Positions 45,890-56,683 are shown, numbered from the stretch's first letter. The stretch: DNA of 64,000 bases from Chlamydiota bacterium (GCA_038534095.1 JBCAXK010000004.1:1300-65299), one strand, 5' to 3'. Made by a program: numbers and translations. Notes: generated by a model from the letters alone, not told the origin.

Positions 45890-47272
45890 ATGGTTCATCT
45901 CACCTCGCTTAGAAAAAATAAGATTCATCTTCAGGATTATCCTTACAAAGAGGATATTCAAAATAGGCTACTGCTCTCTCACCTTACGGTTACCGAAGTA
46001 GAGCTCTTAGAAGAGATTCTCTTTAGTCGCTTAGAGATCCCGATTGCTAAGCTAAAAAAACAGTTCCCCGCGCTGTCTTACGAAGATTTGCTTGAAAATC
46101 TCAATAAACTCACCCCTCTTGGTCTCTACACCTTAAGGGAAAACCGCGTATATGTGGATAAAGAGAAACGGAAGTATTATGAATCACAACTCGTGAAATT
46201 TGATGAAGACTTTAAGCCAGATATGGACTGCCTATCCCACCTGCTCAAGAAAGTGCCTATTCACGTTTTACCCACCTGGTACTCAATTTCTAAAAGTTCG
46301 AACAATATTTTTGCATCCATTTTGGACAAATTCTTAACAACTCCCCAAATTTACCAGAGGTACTGCTCAGAACTTGGATATCCCGATCCAGTATTTCTCA
46401 ATATCATTACCGATTTATTTCAGGCTAAGCACTTTGAGCTTTACGCCTCTGACCTAAAAAAGAAGTACAACCTGACCGATGAAGCCTTCCACGAGTACGT
46501 ACTCCATTTTGAATTCAACTTCATCTGCGTCCTTGGATATAAGAGAATCGGGGACGTTTGGGAGGAAATACTCACTCCCCTCTACGAATGGAAGCAATTT
46601 TTATTGTATCAGCAAAAAGCGCGTCCCGTTCCCATCAACAATATTGCTCGGATTGATAGGCTCCGCTCTAGCCCGTTTGCTTTTGTAGAGGATATGACAG
46701 TTCTCTTGAAAAAAGCTGCGGAAAAACCGATTCCAGCTACCCCCTCTTCTGTCCAAAAAGTGCTCGGATTACCCAATACTGAAGAAGCACAAGGCTATAC
46801 AAAAGAGCTCATGGAGAAACTAGAGGAGGTCCGCTTTACCTCATTAGATACGCATGTAGAACTGCGCCCTCTTGCAAAGGAGTTTCTACTACTTGATAAG
46901 GAACAACAATCATTGTACCTATATCGCCATATCCACCATCAATCTAGTGAAGAGCAGCCCCGGCTGTTACACGAAAGGCACCAACGAGAAATTGAAAGGA
47001 GTCTCAAATCGTTTGCTGGGTCAGATTGGATCTATTTTGAAGATTTTGTCCAAAGTTCGATGATTGCTCTCAGAGATCAGCAAAAAATCTTCCTCAAACA
47101 AAAAAGCCCCAAAAGTTGGAGCTACTGTTTTCCCGAATATTCTTCTGAAGATAAAAGCATTATTTTCAACTACATGCGTCTTTTGTTCCACTGCTCTATG
47201 GTTGAAATAGGAAAAATGCATGGTCAAGACTGCTTTTCCTTAACCGAGTTTGGGCGCAAATTATTGATTTGA
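45890..47272 (+). CDS. Hypothetical protein (460 aa, soluble)
   Basis: A long ORF with coding-like composition. The first ATG is at 45890. No domain could be assigned by eye. Confidence 0.55.
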   Translation: MVHLTSLRKNKIHLQDYPYKEDIQNRLLLSHLTVTEVELLEEILFSRLEIPIAKLKKQFPALSYEDLLENLNKLTPLGLYTLRENRVYVDKEKRKYYESQLVKFDEDFKPDMDCLSHLLKKVPIHVLPTWYSISKSSNNIFASILDKFLTTPQIYQRYCSELGYPDPVFLNIITDLFQAKHFELYASDLKKKYNLTDEAFHEYVLHFEFNFICVLGYKRIGDVWEEILTPLYEWKQFLLYQQKARPVPINNIARIDRLRSSPFAFVEDMTVLLKKAAEKPIPATPSSVQKVLGLPNTEEAQGYTKELMEKLEEVRFTSLDTHVELRPLAKEFLLLDKEQQSLYLYRHIHHQSSEEQPRLLHERHQREIERSLKSFAGSDWIYFEDFVQSSMIALRDQQKIFLKQKSPKSWSYCFPEYSSEDKSIIFNYMRLLFHCSMVEIGKMHGQDCFSLTEFGRKLLI

Positions 47273-47556
47273 TCACAGGTTTCCAAACGTTTTTTCAAAC
47301 GTGAAGAATCGGGTAGTCAAAGGAGTCGCTGCAGCCCTCAGACTCTCCTACGAAAAATGCCAAGTAGGGCAAGCGTTCATCTTGTCTCATATTCCTAAAC
47401 GGAAAGTAGCTCACCCTCACTTATAGCAATATGTATTTTATTTCAGAAATAGAAAAGCGCAAAGCGTCAGCAAGTAAAAAATCTCTTCTTACCTTTTCAT
47501 TGAAAAGAGTAGGGGCAAAATCTATAATGAAATGAAATTTGTATAGGGCAAAATTT

Positions 47557-49443
47557 ATGTGTGGCATCTTTGCTTATTTGGGCCCTGAAAACCCTTTAGC
47601 AACTTGCGTTAGAGGTCTAAAAGGCGTTGAAAGTCGTGGGTACGATTCTGCAGGAATAGCTGGATTCCTCAAACGGAGAGAAAAAAAACAGCCCAGAGGG
47701 AAAAAACATCGAGGAGAGATTTTCTTCTTTAAGCAAACAGGGAGCGTTGACGCGTTAGCTCGCAATATCCCCCCCGAAAAATTGGCCTTAGCGATTGGTC
47801 ACACAAGATGGGCAACCCACGGAAAGCCTAATGATCGTAACGCGCATCCGCAGCTAGATGCTTCTAGCGAGCCTGCCATCGCCCTTGTGCACAATGGCGC
47901 GATTGATAATTATGCCCATTTGAAACATCTCTTGGAAAGAAAAGGGCGTCTATTCCGCTCAGACACCGATACAGAGGTCATCGTCCAACTCATCAAAGAG
48001 TATTACCGATCCAACCTGCTCGAGGCTTTTGCAAAAGCCTTAAAAGAGCTAGAGGGGTCTTTTGCGATCGTCGCAATCCATAAAGACCATCCCGATCAAA
48101 TTTTAGCAGCAGCGAGAAGCTGCCCTCTTGCCATCGGATGGAACGCAGAAAAAAAAGAACATTTGATCTCTTCTGATCCCAATGCGTTTTTTAAACGGGG
48201 AGACCTTAAGGTCACTTTTTTAGAAAACGATCAAATCGCCGTTGTTCGTGAAGGGAGTTTGGAGGTGTTTGATCAGAACCTTGAAGCGATTTCCCACAAA
48301 CAGGTGCCTTTTTCAGCAAGGGACTTGCCCGAACCATCAAAAGAAGGCTTTGAGCACTACATGCTCAAAGAAATTTTCGATCAACCTGCTGTGATGGCAA
48401 ATATGCTATCGAAACGGACAAAGCATTTCCCTTTTCTTGATGAGCTTGTTCCTTACACAAACGCATTTTCTGAGATCGATCAGATCACCTTACTTGGGTG
48501 CGGCACATCTTGGCACGCGGCTCTATTAGCCTCCTACTTAATCGAAGATGTCGCAAAAATTACAACAAGGGCTGAAATTGCTTCAGAATTTCGCTACCGA
48601 AATCCTGTTCTTGGGAAAAATTCTCTTGTGGTAGCCATCAGCCAGTCTGGGGAAACAGCCGACACCATCGCAGCTTTACGAGCTGCCAAAATGCGGGGCG
48701 TTCGCACTCTCAGCATTTGTAATGTCAATTATTCCACACTTGTGCGGGAAGCGGATCACACGCTTTTATTGGAAGCGGGTCTTGAGATCAGCGTATGTTC
48801 GACAAAAGCGTTCACTTCACAGATGGCTATGCTCTCATTATTCTGTTTGCACTTGGCCAAAGTGCAATCGATCCCTGTTGCTGATGTGTGGAATCTCCGT
48901 TCTTTGCAATCGATCGCTCCTATGATGAAAAGCATTTTAGGCAAGAAGGAAGAGATTGCCCGGGTGGCAAGCCGGTACGCGCACTACAAAAAATTCATTT
49001 TCCTTGGGAGAAACGCTATGTACCCCGCCTCATTAGAAGCGGCGTTAAAACTCATGGAAATTTCAGGGATTGTTGCCAACGGCTATCCTGCTGCCGAGCT
49101 AAAGCATGGCCCAATTGCTCTGATTGATGAAAGCTTTCCTGTCGTGGCTTTTTGCGCCAACAAGCAAACCCACGCAAAAATGGTGAACAATCTACTCGAA
49201 GTGAAGGCAAGAGGCGCCCCTATCCTCGCAATGACTTTTGAGGAGGATCAAGAAATTCCAAAGATCGCCGATGATACCATCCTTCTCCCAAGAGGACTGG
49301 ATGAGTGGTCGTTAGTCTTCGCCTCTACTACAGCTGCGCAGCTTTTGGCCTACGAAATTGCGAGAATTTACGGCCAAGAAACAGACTATCCTTACGATAT
49401 TGATAAACCGCGCAATTTAGCCAAATGCGTCACTGTGGAATAA
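47557..49443 (+). CDS. glmS: Glutamine--fructose-6-phosphate aminotransferase (isomerizing)
   Basis: Starts MCGIFAY (Cys2 nucleophile), has two SIS domains (SQSGETADT) and ends ...KCVTVE. The upstream part of the ORF-track call was rejected. Confidence 0.92.
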   Translation: MCGIFAYLGPENPLATCVRGLKGVESRGYDSAGIAGFLKRREKKQPRGKKHRGEIFFFKQTGSVDALARNIPPEKLALAIGHTRWATHGKPNDRNAHPQLDASSEPAIALVHNGAIDNYAHLKHLLERKGRLFRSDTDTEVIVQLIKEYYRSNLLEAFAKALKELEGSFAIVAIHKDHPDQILAAARSCPLAIGWNAEKKEHLISSDPNAFFKRGDLKVTFLENDQIAVVREGSLEVFDQNLEAISHKQVPFSARDLPEPSKEGFEHYMLKEIFDQPAVMANMLSKRTKHFPFLDELVPYTNAFSEIDQITLLGCGTSWHAALLASYLIEDVAKITTRAEIASEFRYRNPVLGKNSLVVAISQSGETADTIAALRAAKMRGVRTLSICNVNYSTLVREADHTLLLEAGLEISVCSTKAFTSQMAMLSLFCLHLAKVQSIPVADVWNLRSLQSIAPMMKSILGKKEEIARVASRYAHYKKFIFLGRNAMYPASLEAALKLMEISGIVANGYPAAELKHGPIALIDESFPVVAFCANKQTHAKMVNNLLEVKARGAPILAMTFEEDQEIPKIADDTILLPRGLDEWSLVFASTTAAQLLAYEIARIYGQETDYPYDIDKPRNLAKCVTVE

Positions 49444-49451
49444 GCTCTTTT

Positions 49452-50861
49452 ATGAAACGGTTCGTTCGGTATAGTTTTCTACTTGCAATGATCTTCTGTA
49501 TATCCCTCCTTTTTTTACCGAAATTATCGAGAACTTGGGTGGGGAAACAGCTCTTTTTGCGGATTATTTCCAATAAAGTGGGCACCGAGCTTTCTGTAGA
49601 AAGTTTTGATCTTGCCTGGTTTGGACCACAAAAATGCACCCAACTTGTGTGCAAACGGCCTGAGTTTGACCTGCAAATTGATGACTGCTCCTACCATGTA
49701 CCTCTATGGAAGCTTTGGAAAGCCTTCGATAAACTCCACCTTTGCCAAGTAGAAGGAACCCTTGATTTACAAAATGCCAGCTTAGCGATCGACCCTTTGG
49801 GTAGAGCAGAAACGTTGTTTGAGCACATTTACGCAAAAATCACAGAAAAAGTGCCCGATGTACATATCGATTTGGATTTTTATGCGCGCTCTAGAAACGC
49901 TGCGAATATTGGAAAATGTTTCTTACACGGAACGGTTTCCTCCACCTCTTTTCATGAGCTCGTGATGGATTGGAGCGATTTATCTTGCGACTTACAGCTC
50001 AATATGAAACGCCTTCCCGTCTCTTTTTTTGATCTATTTTCTGAGGCGCCATCCCTTTTTCAAAGTATCTTTGGCAAATACCTTTCCTTAGAAGGTTCCC
50101 TCTTTTTGGATCACGGCCTAGGAGATATCAAATGTGACATAGCCTCTTCCAACCTAACAGCGACCCTAAACGGCCACCTTGAAAACGATCGACTCCTATT
50201 GAACTCTCCATTACAGATCAAATTTTTTCCAAACAACCTACTAAGTTACCTACTTTTAGGAAAAGTGCACCCCTGTTTCTCATCCATCCTCTCGGCCGAT
50301 GCGCCCATAAAAGTGGAGATCGACCGGGACGGTTTTTGTTTGCCTAAGAACTACCGAGATCTAAAAATCGCTAAGGGGAGATGTGATCTTGGTAAACTCT
50401 ATGCAAAAAATACCGGGATGCTCGCCTCGATCTTAACCATGATGAAAGAGGAATCATTATTTGGGGTGCAAAAAATGCATGTTTGGTTCACTCCACTCGA
50501 GTTTTCTGTGGAAAACGGCCTTGTTCAAACAAAACGGATGGACCTTCTTATAGGAGATACGTTCCACTGCTTTACTTGGGGGAATATCGACTATCTCAAT
50601 GATCAGGTACATCTCACTCTTGCTGTCGAAGCTCCTATGTTAAAAAACTCGTTCGGTATCGAGCAGCTGCAAGAAGATTTCACGCTACTTTTCCCCATAA
50701 AAGGACCAACAGACGGGCCAAGCATCGATGAAAAATTAGCAAGTGGAGCGATTGCTCGGCTGATTTTAGAAACAAGCGGCAACTTTTTAGGGAAAAAAAG
50801 CATGCTCTCTGATCGCCAAGAAACCATTCCAAAAGCCCGTCCTTTTCCTTGGAGAAATTAG
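49452..50861 (+). CDS. Hypothetical membrane-anchored protein
   Basis: ATG at 49452. N-terminal TM helix YSFLLAMIFCISLLFL followed by a roughly 440-aa soluble region. It starts 8 nt after glmS. Confidence 0.5.
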   Translation: MKRFVRYSFLLAMIFCISLLFLPKLSRTWVGKQLFLRIISNKVGTELSVESFDLAWFGPQKCTQLVCKRPEFDLQIDDCSYHVPLWKLWKAFDKLHLCQVEGTLDLQNASLAIDPLGRAETLFEHIYAKITEKVPDVHIDLDFYARSRNAANIGKCFLHGTVSSTSFHELVMDWSDLSCDLQLNMKRLPVSFFDLFSEAPSLFQSIFGKYLSLEGSLFLDHGLGDIKCDIASSNLTATLNGHLENDRLLLNSPLQIKFFPNNLLSYLLLGKVHPCFSSILSADAPIKVEIDRDGFCLPKNYRDLKIAKGRCDLGKLYAKNTGMLASILTMMKEESLFGVQKMHVWFTPLEFSVENGLVQTKRMDLLIGDTFHCFTWGNIDYLNDQVHLTLAVEAPMLKNSFGIEQLQEDFTLLFPIKGPTDGPSIDEKLASGAIARLILETSGNFLGKKSMLSDRQETIPKARPFPWRN

Positions 50862-50912
50862 GGACATTTCCAAGAGGTTCTGATCCAGCTTACAGCTTTC
50901 TAAGAGGCCTGT

Positions 50913-51959
50913 TTAGGCGATCGTGATCTTCGGGTCTCTGTAGACATCTTGAATGCTATGCAAGATCTTAATCCCTTCTTTCATCGGTTTTTGAAACGCT
51001 TTTCTACCAGAAATCAGTCCCATGCCTCCAGCTCGTTTATTGATCACTGCTGTTTTTACCGCTTCTCTGAGGTCATTCTTTCCCGATGCGCCCCCAGAAT
51101 TGATGAGACCAACCCTTCCCATAAAATTGTTCACGACTTGGTAGCGGCAAAGATCTACAGGGTGGTTACTGCATAAATTGGTGTACATCTCATCTGTGTA
51201 CTTACCAAATTTGAGTGTAGGGTACCCCCCGTTATTCGTGGGGAGTTTTTGTTTGACAATATCCGCGCCAATCGTCGCTCCTAAATGGTTAGCTTGACCT
51301 GTTAAATCGGCGGAGCTATGGAAATCTTTGTCCCCTGTTTTAAACGCTTTGTTCCGTATGTAACACCACAAAATAGTGGCCATGCCCAGATCGTGAGCCT
51401 GCTCAAACATTTGGGATACTTCCATAATTTGACGCCGGCAATCTTCTGAACCAAAATAGACTGTAGCTCCTACAGCAACGCATCCCATAGCGTAAGCCTG
51501 ATCAATGGAAGCAAAAAGATTTTGATCATGAAGATTCGGAAAACTGAGCAGTTCATTATGATTGAACTTCAAAATGAAGGGAATTTTGTGCGCATACTTT
51601 CTTGCAACTAGGCTCAAAACGCCCAATGTACTGGCAACGCCGCTACACCCCCCTTCTATCGCAAGCTTCACAATATTTTCTGGATCAAAGTAGATCGGAT
51701 TTGGGGAAAAAGAGGCTCCTGCTGAATGCTCAATGCCCTGATCTACAGGAAGAATCGATAAGTACCCCGTATCCTGAAGGCGTCCATGAGAAAAAAGGGT
51801 TTGTAGTGAACGAAGGGTCCTACAAGAGCGGTCGGAATCCCCAAAAATATCGTCCACCCAGCCAGAATGAGGTAGATGAAGAGACTCTTTTGGCACCACC
51901 GACCTGTGCTCTAAAAGGTCTTTTGCTTCATCACCTAATAATTCTTCTACATTTTTCAT
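50913..51959 (-). CDS. fbaB: Class I fructose-bisphosphate aldolase, FbaB/DhnA type
   Basis: Near full-length similarity to E. coli FbaB ([62 protein letters not shown], ends KITIA). ATG at 51959 lies 5 nt after GGAGG. Confidence 0.88.
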   Translation of the reverse strand: MKNVEELLGDEAKDLLEHRSVVPKESLHLPHSGWVDDIFGDSDRSCRTLRSLQTLFSHGRLQDTGYLSILPVDQGIEHSAGASFSPNPIYFDPENIVKLAIEGGCSGVASTLGVLSLVARKYAHKIPFILKFNHNELLSFPNLHDQNLFASIDQAYAMGCVAVGATVYFGSEDCRRQIMEVSQMFEQAHDLGMATILWCYIRNKAFKTGDKDFHSSADLTGQANHLGATIGADIVKQKLPTNNGGYPTLKFGKYTDEMYTNLCSNHPVDLCRYQVVNNFMGRVGLINSGGASGKNDLREAVKTAVINKRAGGMGLISGRKAFQKPMKEGIKILHSIQDVYRDPKITIA

Positions 51960-52004
51960 AACTGCCTCCAATCATCTTAAATTCACATTACAAAAGAAGC
52001 CGTT

Positions 52005-53321
52005 TTATTGCAGCATGTTATTCAAAAAAGCTTCGAGCATCTCTTGCCGACCCGAGTGGGGTTTTGGATCGAGTTTGTGCTGGTCTACAAGCTGCGCTAC
52101 TTCTTCTAATGGGAGATTTTTTTCCAGAATTTCTTTCCCTAAAGAAGAGTGCCATTGCTGGTATCTTTGAGTAAGATAGGATTGTAAACATCCATTTTGT
52201 ACCATTTTTTCTCCAATTTCCAGGCTTCTTGCTAGAGCGTCGATTCCAGCAATGTGCCCATAAAAAAGATCGGTTGTATCGATACTTTGCCTGCGCACCT
52301 TAGCATCAAAATTGAATCCTCCAGACAGGCTTTTTCCCTCTCGTAATAAAAGATACATGATGTAAGAAAGTTCTGATAATTCCATCGGGAATTGATCGGT
52401 ATCCCAGCCAAGTTGCGAATCTCCTCGGTTCGCATCAATCGAACCTAAAAGGTCGTGGGCAAGAGCGTAAGCTACTTCGTGCGCAAAGCTATGGCCTGCT
52501 AAAGTAGCATGGTTGGCTTCTAAATTGAGGGAAAATTCTTTTTCTAACCCATGCTTGAGGAGAAAGGCATGCACCGAGGCGCTATCGTGATCATACTGGT
52601 GTTTTGTTGGTTCACAGGGTTTGGGTTCAATCAGAAAAGCGCCTTTAAACCCAATTTTCTGCTTGTAGTTGCAAATCATGTGAAAAAACCTTGCCATCTG
52701 CTCTGTCTCTTGCCGCATATTGGTGTTTAATAGGGTTTCATAGCCCTCTCTACCTCCCCAAAACACAAAGTTTTCACCCCCCATTTCATGGGTAATATCG
52801 AGCGCGTTTTTTACCTGGGCAGCAGCTACGGCAAAGACTTCAGGATTTGGATTGGTAAATGCTCCTGCCATGTATCTTGGATGGGAGAAAAGATTCGCAG
52901 TTCCCCAAAGAACCTTAACGCCTGTTTCTGCCATTTTTTTCATGAGGTAATCCGCAGAGGTTTTTACTTCATAGAGCGTTTCTGCAAAAGTCTCCCTTTC
53001 AAAAGCAATATCTAAATCGTGAAAACAAAAATAATCGACACCAAGCTTTGTGAAAAACTCGAAGGCTGCGTCTGCTTTGTTACGCGCCTTGATTTGAGGA
53101 GAACTTCCCTCGTTCCAAGGTCTGTCTAAAGAAGGGCTCCCAAAGGGATCGCTACCAGGCCAGGTAAAGGTGTGCCAGTACGCAACAGACAACTTTAGCC
53201 ATAGCCTCATAGGCTTGCCTAAAATCAGCTTTTGTGGATCGTAATAACGGTAACTTAAGGGATCTAAGCTTTTTGGCCCCTTATACGCAACTTTTTGTAC
53301 CTTTGGAAAATACTCTCGCAT
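52005..53321 (-). CDS. xylA: Xylose isomerase
   Basis: 438 aa, collinear with E. coli XylA (WGGREGYETLLNT, LIEPKPCEPTKHQYD, NLEANHATLAGHSF, GWDTDQFP). Confidence 0.92.
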   Translation of the reverse strand: MREYFPKVQKVAYKGPKSLDPLSYRYYDPQKLILGKPMRLWLKLSVAYWHTFTWPGSDPFGSPSLDRPWNEGSSPQIKARNKADAAFEFFTKLGVDYFCFHDLDIAFERETFAETLYEVKTSADYLMKKMAETGVKVLWGTANLFSHPRYMAGAFTNPNPEVFAVAAAQVKNALDITHEMGGENFVFWGGREGYETLLNTNMRQETEQMARFFHMICNYKQKIGFKGAFLIEPKPCEPTKHQYDHDSASVHAFLLKHGLEKEFSLNLEANHATLAGHSFAHEVAYALAHDLLGSIDANRGDSQLGWDTDQFPMELSELSYIMYLLLREGKSLSGGFNFDAKVRRQSIDTTDLFYGHIAGIDALARSLEIGEKMVQNGCLQSYLTQRYQQWHSSLGKEILEKNLPLEEVAQLVDQHKLDPKPHSGRQEMLEAFLNNMLQ

Positions 53322-53470
53322 ACAAACTCCGAGTTTTTTTCATCATAAAAAACCTCTGTTTTTCTTCCACAAATTCTTGGTGTTTTCCTGAAAAATGTTT
53401 TTTGGACAAAGAGGTTATTTTGCGGTTTGACGATCTAGGAAAGGTGCGCGTTTTGTATGATCTTGGTGCT

Positions 53471-54946
53471 TTACGTCTCTTTCGTCCAACCTTCTATTCT
53501 TCGTTCGGAAAACAGATCTTTTAGAGCAGGGTACAAGGCATTGAAAAGCGCTTCTTTTTTCTGATAATAGGTTTGGTGCTTTTGATTGGGGCGTAGGGCT
53601 TCATAGGAAGAGCCTTGGGGGAAGGCTTCTTCTAGAGAGCCTCCTAAAGCAGAAAAACGGGCTAATTTTGCCGCCCCGTAAGCCGCCCCAAAATGGGCCT
53701 GCTTGTGGATATACAGGGGCTTTTGCAAAACCGAGGCGATCACATTCAACCAAGAGCGGCTTTTGACGCCCCCACCTAAAAGGTGTATCACACCCATTTT
53801 TGCTCCTGCGCGAAGGAGAGCATCTTGCCCATTTTTACAAGCAAATGCCGTACCTTCCATCACCGACTGGACAAGATCTCCCCTTGTTGTCTTGTTGGAC
53901 AAGCCAAAAAACACCCCTTTTGCGTAAGGGTCGTTGTGGGGCGTTCTCTCTCCTGAAAGGTAGGGAAGAAAGATGGTGGAATGATCTGTAGGGGTTGTTG
54001 CTTCCTCTAAAAGAGCGTCGATGCTTGTAGAAAAAATCTTTTCCAAAAAAGAGAAACAGCTAGCAGAACTTAGGTGAACGCTCATCTGATGCCACTTTCC
54101 AGGCACTGCGTGGCAATAGGTATGAATCCCCTCTTGAGGCAAACTCTGAGCAGTATCCTTAGCGGTGAATAAGACGCCAGAGGTTCCCAAAGACAAAAAC
54201 GCTGTTCCTTCAAATAGGCACCCTACGCTAAGACCGCTTGTGGCATTATCACTCCCGCCTGCGATCACAAGAGCCTTTTTAGAAAGCCCTAGCGCATTTG
54301 CCACGTTTGGCAATAGCGTTCCTGTGAGATCGGGACCTTCAAATAGCTCAGGCATCTGCTTTTCTGACAGTCCGCAAGCACTTAGCATCTTAGGAGACCA
54401 GGACCTTTTGCTGATATTGAGCCAAGAAGTACCAGAAGCATCGGACATGTCGGTAGCAAACGTTCCTGTAAGTAGATAACGCAGATAGTCTTTGGGTAAA
54501 AGCACCCGAGCGGTTTTTTGAAAAATCGCAGGTTCGTGCTTTTTCACCCAAAGTACTTTAGGCGCCGTGAATCCAGGCATGATGAGGTTAGCTGTGATGG
54601 CTTGATGATCGGGCACTTGCTTTGCAATCTCGGCGCATTCGCAAACGGCGCGCCCATCATCCCATAACATCGCAGGGCGAAGGGATTTGCTCTCTCTATC
54701 CAAAAGAACAGCTCCGTGCATCTGCCCTGTAAGACCAATGTGGGTAACCCCCTTTCTGAGCTTGGGAGACAATTGCAAAATCGCCTGTTTGGTCGCTTGC
54801 CACCAATCTTCTGGATTTTGCTCAGAGTAGAGCATCTTGGGTCTTTGTACTGTTAAAGGAGACCTGCTTTCACCTAAGACGCTACTATCTGGGCTTAAGA
54901 GGAGCATTTTTACGCTGGAAGTCCCAAGATCAATGCCAAGATACAT
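53471..54946 (-). CDS. xylB: Xylulokinase (FGGY family)
   Basis: Begins MYLGIDLGTSSVK, with FGGY motifs throughout. ATG at 54946 lies 1 nt after the transporter stop. Confidence 0.85.
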   Translation of the reverse strand: MYLGIDLGTSSVKMLLLSPDSSVLGESRSPLTVQRPKMLYSEQNPEDWWQATKQAILQLSPKLRKGVTHIGLTGQMHGAVLLDRESKSLRPAMLWDDGRAVCECAEIAKQVPDHQAITANLIMPGFTAPKVLWVKKHEPAIFQKTARVLLPKDYLRYLLTGTFATDMSDASGTSWLNISKRSWSPKMLSACGLSEKQMPELFEGPDLTGTLLPNVANALGLSKKALVIAGGSDNATSGLSVGCLFEGTAFLSLGTSGVLFTAKDTAQSLPQEGIHTYCHAVPGKWHQMSVHLSSASCFSFLEKIFSTSIDALLEEATTPTDHSTIFLPYLSGERTPHNDPYAKGVFFGLSNKTTRGDLVQSVMEGTAFACKNGQDALLRAGAKMGVIHLLGGGVKSRSWLNVIASVLQKPLYIHKQAHFGAAYGAAKLARFSALGGSLEEAFPQGSSYEALRPNQKHQTYYQKKEALFNALYPALKDLFSERRIEGWTKET

Positions 54947-54947
54947 A

Positions 54948-56348
54948 TTAAGTACGCCTTTTAGGGAAAAATTGCCCGCTGTAGAGTCTTTTTTCAATTC
55001 TTTCTAAAGAAATTCCCTTGGTTTCTGGAACGTAAAAAAATACAAAGAAAAAGCCGAGTATGGTGATGAGAAAATAGAGAAAAAATGTGGCGGGCGTTCC
55101 AAGGAGATCCAAGATTGAAAGAAATGTAGCTGTGACAAGAAAATTCGCTATCCAATTGGTCGATGTCGAGATACTTGCTCCCAAAGCGCGGAAATGTAAA
55201 GGAAACACCTCGGACATCATCACCCACATGATCGGGCCAAGACCGATCGAAAACCCAAAAATGTAGAGCATCATCGTGATGAGACTCATGCTTTTTGTGA
55301 AAGAAAACGTGCTAAATAGGCTAGTAAAACTGAGGGACAGTCCTAAAAGCCCAAGTCCCATCAAAAAGATTCCGACTAACAATAGCACCCTCCTTCCCAA
55401 GGTATCGACCAGAAAAAGAGAGAAGCCTGTCGATAAAAATAAAACAGCGCCTACGCCCATTGTAGCTAAAATGGCTGAAGAATCACTCACAAATCCCGCT
55501 TTTTCAAAAATGGTTGGAGCAAAATAGATGATGGTGTTGATCCCTGTTACTTGTTGAATGAACGCAAGGCCTGTTCCTACAAAAAGGGCGGGGCGCAGCT
55601 TTTTTTTGAACAAAGCTCGCACAGTCCCCTTTTCGAGATGCATGTTGGCTTGAATTTGCTCAATTTCTCTTGTCGCCTCCAACGAAGTCTTCCGAATTCT
55701 TTTGAGCACTCTTAGAGCTCTTGCTTTCTGTCCTGCAAAGACCATCCAACGGGGACTTGGAGGTAAGAACAGCATCCCTGCAAAAAAGAAGAGAGCAGGC
55801 AATACCCCAGCGAGCAGCATCGATCTCCAAGCGCTCTCATCCGCTAGGCTATAATCGACTACGTAGGAAAGTAGAATACCAAAATTGATCGCTAGCTGAT
55901 TCAACGATACAAGCGCTCCACGATGCTTTGTGGGAGAGATTTCTGACACATAAAGGGGAGCTACGTAAGAGGAGATCCCGATTGCGATCCCCACAATGAA
56001 GCGGGCAAAAATCAGCAGAGTCATATTCCAGGCTAGGCTAGATAGAATGGTCGCTAGACAAAAAAGGACAGCGTCCCAGAGAAGAACGACCTTTCTTCCA
56101 AAAAAGTCGGCTAGCTTACTACTAAAAAGGGAGCCTGTAAACGCTCCTAAAAGAACAACACTGATGACCATGCTAGTGTTTGTATGGGTAAGCGCAAATT
56201 CCTCATTGATGAACAAAATAGCCCCTGAAATCACGCCTGTATCGTATCCAAACAAAATGCCAGCAAAAGCGGCAATCAAAGAAATCAGAACGAAAAAATA
56301 CTCTTTTGCAGCTTTGTGTTTTTTTCCAATGTTGACCGGTTTTCTCAT
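54948..56348 (-). CDS. Sugar-porter family MFS transporter (XylE/GalP-like sugar:H+ symporter)
   Basis: GILFGYDTGVISGA, GRKVVLL, PPSPRW and VPETKGISLE are present. The start is placed at ATG 56348. Confidence 0.8.
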   Translation of the reverse strand: MRKPVNIGKKHKAAKEYFFVLISLIAAFAGILFGYDTGVISGAILFINEEFALTHTNTSMVISVVLLGAFTGSLFSSKLADFFGRKVVLLWDAVLFCLATILSSLAWNMTLLIFARFIVGIAIGISSYVAPLYVSEISPTKHRGALVSLNQLAINFGILLSYVVDYSLADESAWRSMLLAGVLPALFFFAGMLFLPPSPRWMVFAGQKARALRVLKRIRKTSLEATREIEQIQANMHLEKGTVRALFKKKLRPALFVGTGLAFIQQVTGINTIIYFAPTIFEKAGFVSDSSAILATMGVGAVLFLSTGFSLFLVDTLGRRVLLLVGIFLMGLGLLGLSLSFTSLFSTFSFTKSMSLITMMLYIFGFSIGLGPIMWVMMSEVFPLHFRALGASISTSTNWIANFLVTATFLSILDLLGTPATFFLYFLITILGFFFVFFYVPETKGISLERIEKRLYSGQFFPKRRT

Positions 56349-56683
56349 CGCCTTTTCCAAATCATCGCGCAAAACAAGAGAGCTTTCCCTGCGGGAAGAC
56401 AATGACGCCCATACCGAAGATAAGCTCCCTGATTGCAAGGGTTCTCTCTAATCGCAAATTCTTCTTTTTTAGATAGTAAGTCAAGAGAAATTTGTTGGCG
56501 TTTTTTCTCCTCCGTTTTACAAAACTGCGAACAATCTGGACCTTTGGATTGCGGAGGAATATGGAGGGGAATACAAGAAAAGAAGGCTCCCTTCTTGAGA
56601 CGCACGCTGGTAAAAACAGGGCTATTTCTGACATGGCCAAGGTTGGCTAGGCCTGAAAACAACCTAGAAGATGAAGGGGCTTC

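Noticed and set aside
47273-47556. Possible glmS ribozyme in the 284-nt leader upstream of glmS
   Set aside because: The conserved ribozyme core segments (for example GACGAGG and the AGCGCC cleavage-site context) were not found when reading the leader. The glmS ribozyme is also characteristic mainly of Gram-positive bacteria. An Infernal scan would be decisive.
54947-54997. 17-codon N-terminal extension of xylB and a 30-codon extension of the sugar-porter gene (56349-56438)
   Set aside because: Homology of both proteins starts at the internal ATGs (MYLGIDLGTS and MRKPVNIG...). The xylB extension would run through the transporter stop codon region.
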